Below are positions 13,224-26,125 of a stretch of 64,000 nt of DNA, in pieces. Under the pieces are notes generated by a model. That model saw only the letters and a list, made by a program, of their open reading frames with translations. It made no database searches and had not been told where the DNA came from. The stretch's first letter is position 1; every line of letters starts with the position of its first letter. The DNA is taken from positions 9,388,556-9,452,555 of the forward strand of contig NW_002060944.1 of assembly GCF_000150275.1 (NCBI RefSeq), written 5' to 3'. The DNA is from Trichoplax adhaerens. Its lineage: Eukaryota > Animalia > Placozoa. Made by a program: the position numbers and the translations under genes.

Positions 13224-14336
13224 ATATTATTTCAATATAAAGTGTTCGCTATACCCTGTTCTGTTTACAGTATAGTATACTGTACTTTATTGACGAAACC
13301 GGACAATTTATTGAATAAATTAATTTCACGCCATATTAAATTGAACGTCGTAAAATATTTAATCACCTTCGTAATATTAAAGTACACTTGTTACGGAGCT
13401 TGATGCTCCTTGATAAGTGGCTAGTAGTAAAGTTGTAATAGGAATGACTGTAAAGATTATAATTAATCTTGCAAAATACTGTCGTGTTATTAAAAATATT
13501 ATTAAAGATTGTTATGTTGTAGACAGTAATCCTCAATTTTTAATTGATTCTTCTTATTATTATTTATGGCTTTGTAATATATTGACTCTTATTAATTAAT
13601 TCTGTCGAAGTATCGTTGGACTCGATTTTTATAGTATAAGAATAAGTCAGATTTCGTTTACTGAGGATCTGCGAAGTTAGTCGGGGAACCTTAAGAGTAG
13701 ATAATTTAGTTTAGGCACGATCACCAAAGCTGTTTTGTAACAACACTTTACTGCATTCGATTAATTTTATGCTGGATAGGATTGAAGACTGCAAAGTATT
13801 CAATTCACCCTCGCTATATCAAGCCAATACTATTAATATTGTTTTGATCCTTACTACAGTATACTGTACTGTAGTAAGAGAGTTCCAATAAATACAATGC
13901 AATCTATTCTAGCCGACAGTTTGCACGTCACAATTTCTTAAAAAGTTGTTATGCAACGAGAAGAATATGCAAATAAAAGCTATATTCTATAAAATTATTG
14001 GATATCTTCATGGATGTATTTAAATATCCAATCGCAAATGTTTTAGCTATCGGTGACAAAAACTTTGTTAACTTATTCTTCACAATTTATAACGCCTTAC
14101 CAACAATTTCCTATAGCTAAAGTACTGTTTGTAATTATCACGCGTTCATAGTTTCCATACTGTACGTACAGTTACACGACTTTTACAGTCAGGAAAAGAT
14201 TTTAAGACAGACACACACAAACATACACTCGCAAACATGTTACACATACACAAACAAACATGTCACATATACACACATATAAACTTTCATGCAAACACAT
14301 ACACACACACTTATGGTTTTATATTATACTACTAGA
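13224..14336 (-). mobile_element. Helitron-like non-autonomous element (5' end at 14336, 3' end not found)
   Basis: Minus strand reads A|TCTAGTAGTATAATATAAAACC followed by a degenerate (TG)n tract (14205-14310). Inserted at an A/T junction about 52 bp past the copy 3 stop codon. Confidence 0.5.
13389..13742. mobile_element. Solo-LTR-like insertion (354 bp) nested in the Helitron-like element
   Basis: Termini TGTTAC...GTAACA; TSD ACACT (13384-13388/13743-13747). Confidence 0.8.
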
Positions 14337-14388
14337 TGCATATAAACGTAACTCAGCAGGTTAGTCCATTTTAAGCGCTTTAGCACTA

Positions 14389-15489
14389 TTAAATCTCTGT
14401 GATCACAACATTTTCATGTTGGCTCGATTTTGTTTCGCTAGGAGCAGTAGGTTCAACTTTAGGATGAACACAATTTAATATCGAATATTGACAATGTAGT
14501 TGACTTCTAATACTGTGAAATCGAAAAATTAGATAAATTATTGGATCAAGTGCTGCATTTGAATAAGGAAGTATAATAATTATTTTCTGAAGTATAAATA
14601 CTTGATTTGGTGTTCCATTTAGGAAACTAATAGCCGCAGAGATTGAAAGGACAAAAAAAGTAATTATGTTCGTAGAGGCCATAAGAATAAGCACTAACTG
14701 AAATCGTCTTTCATAAATAGACGATAATTGAGATCTAAATGTTAATCTTGACTTTCTTAATTTACATATTAATATCGTATATAGAACAGCCGTAGTAGAA
14801 TATGCGAGAATAAGGTAACCTAACACAGTAAACAGCCTTATGATATGATTTGGGGTCAAATAATGTTCGCCCAGGCATAAATTACGATAAAAATCGAAAT
14901 AGTACGCAGATCTAAGATGAAAATAAGAGAAATTAAAGATAACAGTTCCTAAAGCCGCAGCAGCCGCTAATATCCATGATATCGCAGTGATAATTTTGGT
15001 TTTTTTTAATGTCAATTTCCTAGTACTGTGTGGATAGACAGTTAATATGAAGCGATCGACCCCGATACATAAAGTTAATGTGGCCGCCATATATAAATTT
15101 ATGCTTGCTAGAAACTGTGCTACGCCGCATGTCGCGCTAACTGACCATACATTCTCTATTAGAGAAAAATTAGCTTTTGAACCATATATATGTCGATAGT
15201 AGTGAGTGTAATAAGAGTCCGATATGACGAGTATAAACATATAAATAGAACCTATAAGATTGCAAAGAAGTAAGTTAAATAACAACAATACCGAAGGATT
15301 CTTAACAATAACCATTGAATGCTGACGAAATTCTTTCTTTCTTACAGAGAATTTATAAATAAATGATTCCCATATTGTATAACTGATAAGAAATAGATTT
15401 AACGGCAATCCAATTAGAGCGATAGACCATGCTATCGGACGTATCAAGTCAAGCTCAAGAAACACAGAATATCGGCTAAAATTATCCAT
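14389..15489 (-). CDS. Class A GPCR, LGR-like 7TM without ectodomain (copy 3, 366 aa from first ATG)
   Basis: Intact ORF with the same motifs as copy 2. The ORF-track start at 15510 is TTG; the first ATG is at 15489. Confidence 0.9.
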   Translation of the reverse strand: MDNFSRYSVFLELDLIRPIAWSIALIGLPLNLFLISYTIWESFIYKFSVRKKEFRQHSMVIVKNPSVLLLFNLLLCNLIGSIYMFILVISDSYYTHYYRHIYGSKANFSLIENVWSVSATCGVAQFLASINLYMAATLTLCIGVDRFILTVYPHSTRKLTLKKTKIITAISWILAAAAALGTVIFNFSYFHLRSAYYFDFYRNLCLGEHYLTPNHIIRLFTVLGYLILAYSTTAVLYTILICKLRKSRLTFRSQLSSIYERRFQLVLILMASTNIITFFVLSISAAISFLNGTPNQVFILQKIIIILPYSNAALDPIIYLIFRFHSIRSQLHCQYSILNCVHPKVEPTAPSETKSSQHENVVITEI

Positions 15490-18451
15490 GAAGTCGTCTA
15501 ATTCGATCAATATATTCTTCTATTTACGGTGTAATGATTAATTTAGAGTAAAATATAGATCAACATATTGCTTGTATATGATTTTAATTGTAAAATTTTA
15601 GTGCTATTGAGAACGATAGAATAAATATTAAAATAAGATATATTTTGATTAGAATCAACCATGAGATATTTATAAAAATTTTACCTAACTTAATACTCAG
15701 AATGAAATAAATTTAGATTTTATAGAAGACATAGCTGTTGAAGTAAGTTTTATATTGTGGTTGAGGCTTCTCTGTGCGACGTATAATATCTGACAAATGA
15801 AGCGAATTCAGTAAATCTGTTCTATTTAATTCTTCTTCATCCTAATAAGCGGTCAATATAGCGATTAATTTACAATTGATGCGTAACATAGGGTTAAATT
15901 CTATCTAATATTACAAAATAGCCAATATGAGATTATGCAGTCAATATTACAGTCCATGTCATTAACCATATAATTATTAATGTGTGTAGAAAACTAGAAT
16001 GCAAAGCAGCCAGAATATTTGTCACCAAGTAAAAATTTCAATTTCCTTTGTATTATGTTATAGCGATTGAAATTTACTATAATAATAATCTTTACATAAG
16101 TTATGTTCAGGTTTATCTCTTTGTAAATGCATTCTAACACTAAACCATTTTCTATGAATGCAATACACGAAGACGTAAATTTTCTTTGTGAATTTACTTA
16201 ATAGCTATTTTTGCGGATGTTTTCTTAACATCATTTGCATGGAGGGCTTTGTTTTTTGTCATAAACAGAAGGAAATTACGTATTAGCAAGGTTGCTATAA
16301 TAGTCTATTTCTAACTATTGTAATGAATATTTATTTTTCTAAACTTACCTTTAAAAAATAGATTATTAATAGAGTAAATAAAATGGTACTTTCTTGATAA
16401 TGAATAGGAAGAACATATTTTGCGATCTTTCTAAAACTCAGCTAACTTAAAAGATCTCTATTTATATCATCACTAAAGTAATAATAGTCTTGTATAGTGT
16501 TGTCGAGTCGTAGTAGTTAAATATAAATCAGACTTCTACCAAGTTGATCTAAGGTGTATAAGGTTATACTAGTTGAACTTTTAGCTTACATAAAATAAAT
16601 TGGTATGCAATTGAATATTCTGATATCAACGAATCTCCACAAATCGAATTTTGCGATAATAGAGTACTTATCTCAGAATCTACACATTGTTTTGTTAACA
16701 AGCAATGTTAGTAATGTATTGAAGTAAGATATCTACAATGAAAGAAAAAGCTTTTTCATAGTTTTAATATAAAATTTTGCTGTAATGTAGTCGACACATC
16801 CAAAGTTTGGAACTAATACAACTAAGTTAGCAGACGTTTATTTTCTGGGAGGAAAGCTATGATAAGTTGTTACTTCTGAGTTTCTATTGGTAATAAAACA
16901 GCTATAGCTTATCGATATTATCCATTTATTGGGCTATGCTAAGTCTTTAATCAATATAGGGACGCAAATTAACCCATAGATCCCCGTAAAGAAAATAGTT
17001 TTTATTTTATAAGCTCAACCTTATACACTAGCTCACTTACAGTTTATACCGTACAGTTGTTAACATATAATACCAGACATCTACGCTAATCTGCACGCGT
17101 GGTACTGTATCACATCATCTTAATAATTGCAATCATCTGGTAACTACTGTACTTAGACTGCTACTTTTCTACTTCGCATTAAGTCCTCTTTATATACTTA
17201 ATATTTTGAAACCTCAACTTAACACTTACTTAATCTGTGTTTATGTTACTTATCTCTAGTCCCTTTATTATTTTGAATTTAACACAATAGAAGAATATGC
17301 GATATTCATGCTTGAATTTCGTAAAAGTCTTAATTTGAAGTATGTAAACTAGATATAAGGAATACTCGTAATTAACGGTATAGGTTTTCCAAATAGTATA
17401 ATAACTATTTTCGATGTTACTAAAGAACAGAAAACTATTTTGGTAGTTTATATTTCCCTTAATTATTAAAATAATTATCAAAACGAACAATAATGTATTA
17501 ACATGATACATGTAATAGAGGAATATATTCGGAGTCCTTTATAGTCTCTAGTATAAAAATCGTATTACTTTATTTAAAAAACACATAGAGAGTGATAGTA
17601 TTCTTACTGTACTTTATCTTACTCTGCTAAGGTTAGGTAGCGCTATCTTTTCTTCTCTGCTTTCTTGTAAGGCTTGATATAAATAACCGTACTACACTAT
17701 ACAAACTATTCACACGGTCTGCTGTAAAATACTTGACTGTACATTTTTCAATAATTATATAGCAGTACTGTAAGCTTTCAAGTTTATACACTCTGACGCT
17801 TCATAGTTTTTGATAAATTGTAACTTAGTGTACGAGTTCTGTATCCTCAAATACGTAGTTTAGTCACTAAGATGCTAGCAAATACCTAATCTTAAGAAAT
17901 AGCGATAGACCTTAGATCTAGATCTGTCAATATTACGACGATCTATCTTTAAGATCTGGCGTTTGATAGAATTAAGTATGTTAACATCGTTTCGTAATTT
18001 CTAACTACGACTCGTGTAATATTGTGTTATAAAATATTAAAAACTACCCGGAAACAGGTAAATCATAGTATTGATAGATATAAGTGTACTTTAACTTTAG
18101 TAATTATTAAAAGATACGTCTATTCGTCTATTTAAGCTTAACCAATACGGTAAATCTACTACCGATAAAATAGCCGTGTGAACTTAATACGGAGTTTGTT
18201 TAATATGAAAGGCTTCTAAACCGTACCGTTATACTCATTCGAATCTAATTACACTTTATTATTGACTTCTATCCAAACTTATTATTATAGTAAACGTGTT
18301 AAAATTGTGTAATTCAGTTTATTTACGAAATATCTTGGCAAGCTAATAATACTTTTACTACAAGAAACAATCCATATTGGATAATCACACAGTTTGTGGT
18401 GAATGTATAAAAATGTCACAGCAGACGAGTACGTTTGAAGTCTTAATACGA

Positions 18452-19543
18452 TTAAATCTCTGTAATTACGATATTTTCGTGTTGGCTAGATTTTTTTTTA
18501 CTAGAAGTAATAGGCTTAACTTTAGGAAGAGCACAACTTGATATCGAAGATTGACAACGTAGCCGACTTCTAATATCGTGAAATCGAAAGATTAAGTAAA
18601 TTATTGGATCAAGAGCTGCATTAGAATAAGGAAGTATACTAGTTATTTTCTGAAGTTTCGATACTTGATTCGGTGTTCCATTTAGATAATCAATAGCTGC
18701 AGTAGTCGAAATGACAAAAAAAGAAAATATATTAGTAGAGGTGATAAAAATAAGCACTATCTGAAATCGTCTTTCATAAGTAGACGATAGCTGCGATCTA
18801 AATATTAATCTTGACTTTCTCAGTTTGCATATTATTATCGCATACAAGACGGTCGTAGTAATATATGCGAGCATTAAGTAAGCTAAGACGATAAATGCCC
18901 TTACGGTATGACTTGGGGTCAAATAATATTCGCCAAGACATAAATTACGATAAAAATCAAAATAGTAAGGAGATCTAAGATGAAAATGAGAGAAAGTAAA
19001 GATAATATTTCCTACAGTCCCAGCAACTGCTAACACCCATAGTATCGCAGTTATAATTTTAGCTCTTTTTATAGTCAATCTCCAATTACTGTGTGGATAG
19101 ACAGTTAGTATGAAGCGATCGACTCCGATACATAAAGTCAATATTGCTGCCATCAATAAATTTATTGTTGCTAGAAAATGTGCTACGCCGCATGTCGCGC
19201 TAACTGACCATACATTCTGGATTAGAGAAAAATTAGTTCTTGAACCATAGATATGTCGATAGTAGCTGGTGTAATAAGAATCCGATATGACGAGTATAAA
19301 CATATAAATAGAACCCATAAGATCGCAAAGAATTAAGTTAAATAATAACCATACTGAAGGATTCCTAAAAGCAGTCATTGAATGACGATGATATTCTTTC
19401 TTTCTTACTGAGACAAGTGATTCCCATACTGTATAAATGATAAGAAATAGATTTAACGGCAATCCAATTAGAGCGATAGACCATGCTATGGGACGTATCG
19501 AGTCAATCTCAAGGAACACAGAATATCGGCTGAAATTATCCAT
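18452..19543 (-). CDS. Class A GPCR, LGR-like 7TM without ectodomain (copy 4, 363 aa)
   Basis: Intact ORF; 9-bp in-frame deletion in ICL1 relative to copies 2, 3 and 8. Confidence 0.9.
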   Translation of the reverse strand: MDNFSRYSVFLEIDSIRPIAWSIALIGLPLNLFLIIYTVWESLVSVRKKEYHRHSMTAFRNPSVWLLFNLILCDLMGSIYMFILVISDSYYTSYYRHIYGSRTNFSLIQNVWSVSATCGVAHFLATINLLMAAILTLCIGVDRFILTVYPHSNWRLTIKRAKIITAILWVLAVAGTVGNIIFTFSHFHLRSPYYFDFYRNLCLGEYYLTPSHTVRAFIVLAYLMLAYITTTVLYAIIICKLRKSRLIFRSQLSSTYERRFQIVLIFITSTNIFSFFVISTTAAIDYLNGTPNQVSKLQKITSILPYSNAALDPIIYLIFRFHDIRSRLRCQSSISSCALPKVKPITSSKKKSSQHENIVITEI

Positions 19544-21377
19544 AAAGTCGTCTAATTCGATCAATATATTATTCTATTTACAGTGTAATGGTTGAAGTAG
19601 AGTAAAATATAGAATAATATATTGCTTGTGTATAATTTTAATAGTTAAATTTTAGTCTTGTTGAGAATCACACAATAAATGCTAGTAAGGCATATTATGA
19701 TTAGAAGTTGACGATAGCATTTTTACAAAAATTTACTTTTAAGAGCTCGAAGTACAATGTGATACTGTACCATGAATCTTTAGTAGAAAGGGAAAAAAAC
19801 CAGCTGTGTGATTAGATCGAATTATAGGGTACAAGATGCAGATAATAATAAATATGCGTGTTTTAACAGTTAACACGACAGCGAGGTAATTCCAATAAGC
19901 TACGTAGCTTTTTAGCTTCTGAACGTTGGTATTAATGTTAATATTTTAGCACAAACAAGAATCTATTAAGTACTTCATACAAAGGACAAGTTAATTATTA
20001 ACCACTTTTGAGCGGAAAATAGAGATATTGATAATAATAAAGCCTATTAAATTAAGAAAAAACTGTCTTAGCTTGATTTCCGTTGATTTCTAACTTTTCG
20101 ATGTGCAACTATTACTTATTGTAAAGTTGTTGATTGTCAAATCTAATTTAATACTTAGAATGAAATAAATTTAGATTTCTAGAAGAGATAGCTGCTGAAG
20201 TTTTGTTGTAGCTAAGGCTTCTAAATAAGATGAATAATATCTGACAAATGATGTGACATCAGTAATTCTGCTATATTTAATTTTTCTTTATAAATGAATG
20301 GTTAACATGGTGATGGTATGACGCGAACTATCGTGAAGAATTAAATTACCAATTTAGCAAATTTAACATTAACATATGATAATTACAATTGGTTGCTTAC
20401 AGTAGGAACCACTGAAGTTATAATATATTACAGTATATCATTTATTGTACTGTAATAAAATTCTTACATAGTAATGGAATACAGTACAGCTATTGTAACT
20501 GAAGTTAAGGCTGATAATAAATTGTAGGTGTACTAAATAACTCCGTGAATCCACTTACTGTAGTCTGATTACGTACTGTAAAACCAGTTAGTAGATGTCA
20601 ATATCAATAATTATTACCCTATCCATCAATGTTATTTTCTGCCGAAAGGTATATAACCACATAGTTAAATGGTAAGTTCTCTAGTTGTGAAGAAGCAAAG
20701 CCGTATAAGTCCTTGTGAGTAGTCAAGCGATACCCAATTCCGGACAATTTAGAAATTTAGAGATTTGTCTCTACGTTAATCTAATCTGACAAGCGATCAA
20801 TGCACAAATGATGGCTATTTTGTAATTAGTTATAGGGTGTGAAATTTAATATAATAATCTCTACATGAGTTATCTTCAGATCTATTTCTGTAAATACGCA
20901 TCCCAACATTAAGCCATTTTCTATGAGTGGTAGGGTCACAAAACCGTACATTATACTAATTATTATAAACTAATACATTAATTAGACTAGCAAAAGTTCG
21001 AGTTCAACCCAGTCATCTTTTCATTTACTCATTTCTTTATGACTTGACTTAATAGCTTTTTTACGGATCTTTTCTAAATATTATTTTCATGCAGTATTTT
21101 GTCTGTTATTATAGAATAGAAGGACAGTATGTACTAGCAAGGTTACTACACGAACTTATTTCTAACTGTTATAATGAATACTTGTTTTAAATAAATTTAA
21201 GAATCGATTATGTGTAATATCTTTCGAGAATGAATAGGCAAAAAATATTTCATAATCTTAATAAAATTCAGCTAACTTTAGGTATTTCTGCTTGTATTAT
21301 CACCTAAGTAATAATAATCTTGTATTGTGTTGTCGAGTCATAGTAGTAAAGTATAAATCAGATTTCTTCATAGTTAG

Positions 21378-21639
21378 TGTTAGCAGTAACGATAGCGTCT
21401 GTTTTTTTGGTATGCTCTCAGTCAACTGAAGCGAGATCGTCAGCTAAGTTTCCACGTGAATATCTATCTTTATTCTGATTTCTCACCACCTTATATACTG
21501 TACAATACAGTACCTTTACTGATCTAGTACGGAACAGAACTAGTGCCGTCTAGCTCTGATAAGGTTGCAATACAACCGATATGAATACAATACAAGAAAT
21601 CCTATAATTAGATACAGAGACGCTAGTAAATCCGTAACA
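21378..21639. mobile_element. Solo-LTR-like insertion (262 bp)
   Basis: Termini TGTTA...TAACA; TSD GTTAG (21373-21377/21640-21644); absent from the paralogous spacer at ~16545. Confidence 0.8.
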
Positions 21640-22040
21640 GTTAGTCCAATGCTTTTACGGTTGTGCTGGTTGAACATTAGCTTACTTAAAGTAGAATGTA
21701 ATTGAATATTACAATCCCGAAGCACCTTCAAAAATTGAAATTTTACGAGAATAGAGTACCGAACTTATCTCGGAATCTACAGAGTACGGTTCCATTAATG
21801 ACAGTAATATATTGAAGAAAGAAAATATTTTTTTTATGGGTTAAAGATACAACTTTACCGTAATGTAGTCGACACATCGAAAATTTGGAATTACTACAAG
21901 TTAGTAGTTGTCTACTTTCTGAGAGTGGAGCTATGATAAGTTGTTACGTCTGAATTTCTATTAGTAACGACAGCTATACCTTATCGATATTGTTCATTTC
22001 TTAGACTGATACACGTAACATTATATAGCAAATAGAGAAT

Positions 22041-22670
22041 TGTCACAAAACAGCTTTGCAACAAGATAATGTTATGTACGATCAATTAGTCAATTCCTTG
22101 AACTACGTATCAAGGAACGATATCTGAACTATCAGAAACACTTTTGCTCTACTAGCAGACTACACAAAGACTTAAATGCCTTGTATTTTACTTTAAACAC
22201 TAAGTTTAACAATCCACTTTATTACTCGATATACTCCATTTAAATACTCTTCCTCAATAGTTCATGAGTCACAGTTAGTACGATTAACTTTGGAATCATT
22301 TGCTGTATTAGATATTAATTTTAGCTACTGCTCCCTTGATGCAGACAACAGTATTTACGAACATAGACATCTGATGACTAATACAGAATAGTCAGATCAC
22401 GATAAGTCCTATCACGGAACATTTCCACGATAATTTACAATCTATCATAAGTAAGTTACAATCACAATGATTCGAACTGTAAATAGATGATTTGCATTCC
22501 CTATTAAAACTATTAATTTCAGCATGTGTATATGAGTCTCTGTCATAAAACGTCAGTGCTATATTAAAACACAGTATATCCAAATTAGAAGTTAACTAAA
22601 TAAGGATAGGCTAACAGAATTATTCTAACATATATATTTCTACTCTAAAAAAGTATATAACACTGTCACA
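22041..22670. mobile_element. Solo-LTR-like insertion (630 bp)
   Basis: Termini TGTCACA...GTCACA; TSD AGAAT (22036-22040; right copy split by the next insert, intact at 23226-23230); empty site at ~9180. Confidence 0.8.
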
Positions 22671-22673
22671 AGA

Positions 22674-23223
22674 TGTAATGTAACTTAGTATTGTGATTGT
22701 AGACTGTTAGCCATGTGTAGTATAATGTACGGTAGATATTTATCCTAAGAGATATTTGGTAGCTATAACTATAGACTGTAGTGGTAGAGACTCTATGCTA
22801 GAGTACAGATGACTATATACAGTAAGCTGTTGAGTTACTAATATGGCTATAGGTAAAAATAGAATTGTAAATCATATATTAGGATATGGTTAATTCATTG
22901 TACTTTGGCTGGTGTGAATAATGTCTACGTAAGTACTGTAGTCGTATCCATATTGGATTAATGATGGTCCGTAGTAGAATAGTCTTACTAAGAATAATTT
23001 AACTATGTGTAAAATAAGGTAAAAGGTTGCCATGCGGATTGTAGCTGCGAATGCTACGGAAAGTATAAAAGCATGCAACTTTAGATTATTCTGTTAGTTC
23101 GTTGTAGAAGTCTTTAGAAGTAGTAATCGGCTAGAGTAGAGCTGTGTAGTTAATCTTTGTATAAGATTGAATAAAGCCCTTATTTTTCTAAAATTTGGAA
23201 TTTCGTGATTGGTATATATCACA
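22674..23223. mobile_element. Solo-LTR-like insertion (550 bp) inside the right TSD of the previous LTR
   Basis: Termini TGTAAT...ATCACA; TSD CAAGA (22669-22673/23224-23228); contains AATAAA. Confidence 0.8.
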
Positions 23224-23762
23224 CAAGAATACTCCTATTCTCTGAGATAGAGTTTGCTAGTTCTTTTAGGCACTTACAAACATTCCGTTTATCTAAGTTA
23301 CCGGTATGATTTATTTATATTACAATCTCGCTAGTCGCCTTTTACAATGTCACATAAGTCTAACTCACTAGACTGCTACATTTCTACTTCGCATTAAGTC
23401 CTCTTTATATACTTAATATTTTGAAACCTCAACTTAACACTTACTTAATCTGTGTTAATGTTACTTATCTCTAGTCTCTTTATTATTTTGAATTTAACCT
23501 AATAGAAGAATATGCGATACTCATGCTTGAATTTCGTAAAAGTCTTAATTTGAAGTATATAAACTAGATATAAGGAATACTCGTAATTAACGGTATAGGT
23601 TTTCCAAATAGTATAATAACTATTTTCGATGTTACTAAAGAACAGAAAACTATTTTGGTAGTTTATATTTCCCTTAATTATTAAAATAATTATCAAAATG
23701 AACAATAATGTATTAACATGATACATGTAATAGAGGAATATATTCGGAGTCCTTTATAGTCT

Positions 23763-24121
23763 TGTCACGTTCTGTAATAGTTACATAATTAGTATGTTAC
23801 CTTCTTTCTATATATGGCTAAATATCACGATGTTATCACGTCAGGCGTATATAGATGTAGTTATGGTACTATATTAAGCTTATCTATATATGTATTCTCA
23901 TGTTGCCATACTTGGCATGATAGTCTATTTGTAATGACTAAACTAGGGAAACCTTTCTGTTAGTGATGATCTTGTGATCTACGTCAGTAGATCAAAGGTC
24001 ACAATAAAGAAAGTATATAAACTCTTCATTTTAACAATATAGTTAGTTCTTCAACTTAATTACTGGGTCTCCTTGCTGAGTGCAGATCTAGTACTTGTTA
24101 CAAAATTTGGAAGTTGTAACA
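23763..24121. mobile_element. Solo-LTR-like insertion (359 bp), younger than the copy 4/5 duplication
   Basis: Termini TGTCAC...GTAACA; TSD AGTCT (23758-23762/24122-24126); empty site at ~17543. Confidence 0.85.
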
Positions 24122-25029
24122 AGTCTCTAGTATAAAAAACATATTACTTTATTTAAAAAACACATAGGGAGTGATAGTATTCTTACTGTACTTTATCTTA
24201 CTCTGCTAAGGTTAGGTAGCGCTATGTTTTCTTCTCTGCTTTCTTGTAAGGCTTAATATAAATTGCCGTACTACACTATACAAACTATTCACACGGTCTG
24301 CTGTAAATACTTGACTGTACACTGTTCAATAATTATATAGTAGTACTGTAATCTTTCAAGTTTATACACTCTGACGCTTCATAGTTTTTGATAAATTGTA
24401 ACTTAGTGTACGAGTTCTGTACCCTCAAATACGTAGTTTAGTCACTAAGATGCTAGCAAATACCTAATCTTAAGAAATAGCGATAGATCTTAGATCTAGA
24501 TCTGTCAATATTACGACAATCTATCTTTAAGATCTGGCGTTTGATAGAATTAAGTATGTTAACATTGTTTCGTAATTTCTAACTACGACTCGTGTAATAT
24601 TGTGTTATAAAATATTAAAAACTACCCGAAAACAGGTAAATCATAGTATTGATAGATATAAGTGTACTTTAACTTTAGTAATTATTAAAAGATACGTCTA
24701 TTCGTTTATTTAAGCTTAACCAATACGGTCAATCTACTACCGATAAAATAGCCGTGTGAACTTAGTACGGAGTTTGTTTAATATAAAAGGCTTCTAAACC
24801 GTACCGTTATACTCATTCGAATCTGATTACACTTTATTATTGACTTCTATCCAAACTTATTATTATAGTAAACGTGTTAAAATTGTGTAATTCAGTTTAT
24901 TTACGAAATATCTTGGCAAGCTAATAATACTTTTACTACAAGAAACAATCCATATTAGATAATCACACAGTTTTTGGTGAATGTATAAAAATGTCACAGC
25001 AGACGAGTACGTTTGAAGTCTTAATACGA

Positions 25030-26125
25030 TTAAATCTCTGTAATTACGATATTTTCGTGTTGGCTAGATTTTGTTTCACTAGAAGTAATAGGCTTAACTT
25101 TAGGATGAGCACAACTTGATATCGAAGATTGACAATGTAGCCGACTTCTAATATCGTGAAATCGAAAGATTAAGTAAATTATTGGATCAAGAGCTGCATT
25201 AGAATAAGGAAGTATACTAGTTATTTTCTGAAGTTTCGATACTTGGTTCGGTGTTCCATTTAGATAATCAATAGCTGCAGTAGTCGAAATGACAAAAAAA
25301 GAAAATATATTAGTAGAGGTGATAAAAATAAGCACTATCTGAAATCGTCTTTCATAAGTAGACGATAACTGAGATCTAAATATTAATCTTGACTTTCTCA
25401 GTTTGCATATTATTATCGCGTACAAGATGACCGTAGTAATATATGCGAGCATTAAGTAAGCTAAGACGATAAACGCCCTTACGGTATGACTTGGGGTCAA
25501 ATAATATTCGCCAAGACATAAATTACGATAAAAATCATAATAGTAAGGAGATCTAAGATGAAAATGAGAGAAATTAAAGATAATATTTCCTACAGTCCCA
25601 GCAACTGCTAACACCCATAGTATCGCAGTTATAATTTTAGCTCTTTTTATAGTCAATCTCCAATTACTGTGTGGATAGACAGTTAGTATGAAGCGATCGA
25701 CTCCGATACATAAAGTCAGTATTGCTGCCATGAATAAATTTATTGTTGCTAGAAAATGTGCTACGCCGCATGTCGCGCTAACTGACCATACATTCTCGAT
25801 TAGAGAAAAATTAGTTCTTGAACCATAGATATGTCGATAGTAGCTGGTGTAATAAGAGTCCGATATGACGAGTATAAACATATAAATAGAACCCATAAGA
25901 TCGCAAAAAAGTAAGTTAAGTAATAACCATACTGAAGGATTCCTGAAAGCAATCATTGAATGACGATGATATTCTTTCTTTCTTACTGAGAACTTTAAGT
26001 GATTCCCATACTGTATAAATGATAAGAAATAGATTTAACGGCAATCCAATTAGAGCGATAGACCATGCTATCGGACGTATCGAGTCAATCTCAAGGAACA
26101 CAGAATATCGGCTGAAATTATCCAT
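25030..26125 (-). pseudogene. GPCR array copy 5, single frameshift in ICL1 (pseudogene or sequencing error)
   Basis: ORFs 25916-26146 and 25030-25956 together give a protein nearly identical to copy 4; net 5-bp deletion at ~25995. Confidence 0.8.

Noticed and set aside
15490-15510. MIELDDF N-terminal extension in the ORF track (also copies 1, 4 and 5)
   Set aside because: It begins at TTG, which is not conserved in copies 2 and 8. The first ATG was used.
17230-17511. Duplicated small ORF (also 23499-23726)
   Set aside because: Identity is explained by the recent segmental duplication; the frame is not kept in older units; AT-biased composition.
20315-20791. Additional LTR-like insert in the copy 4/5 spacer
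   Set aside because: Foreign sequence is present, but the termini (GG...CA) and TSD could not be defined convincingly.
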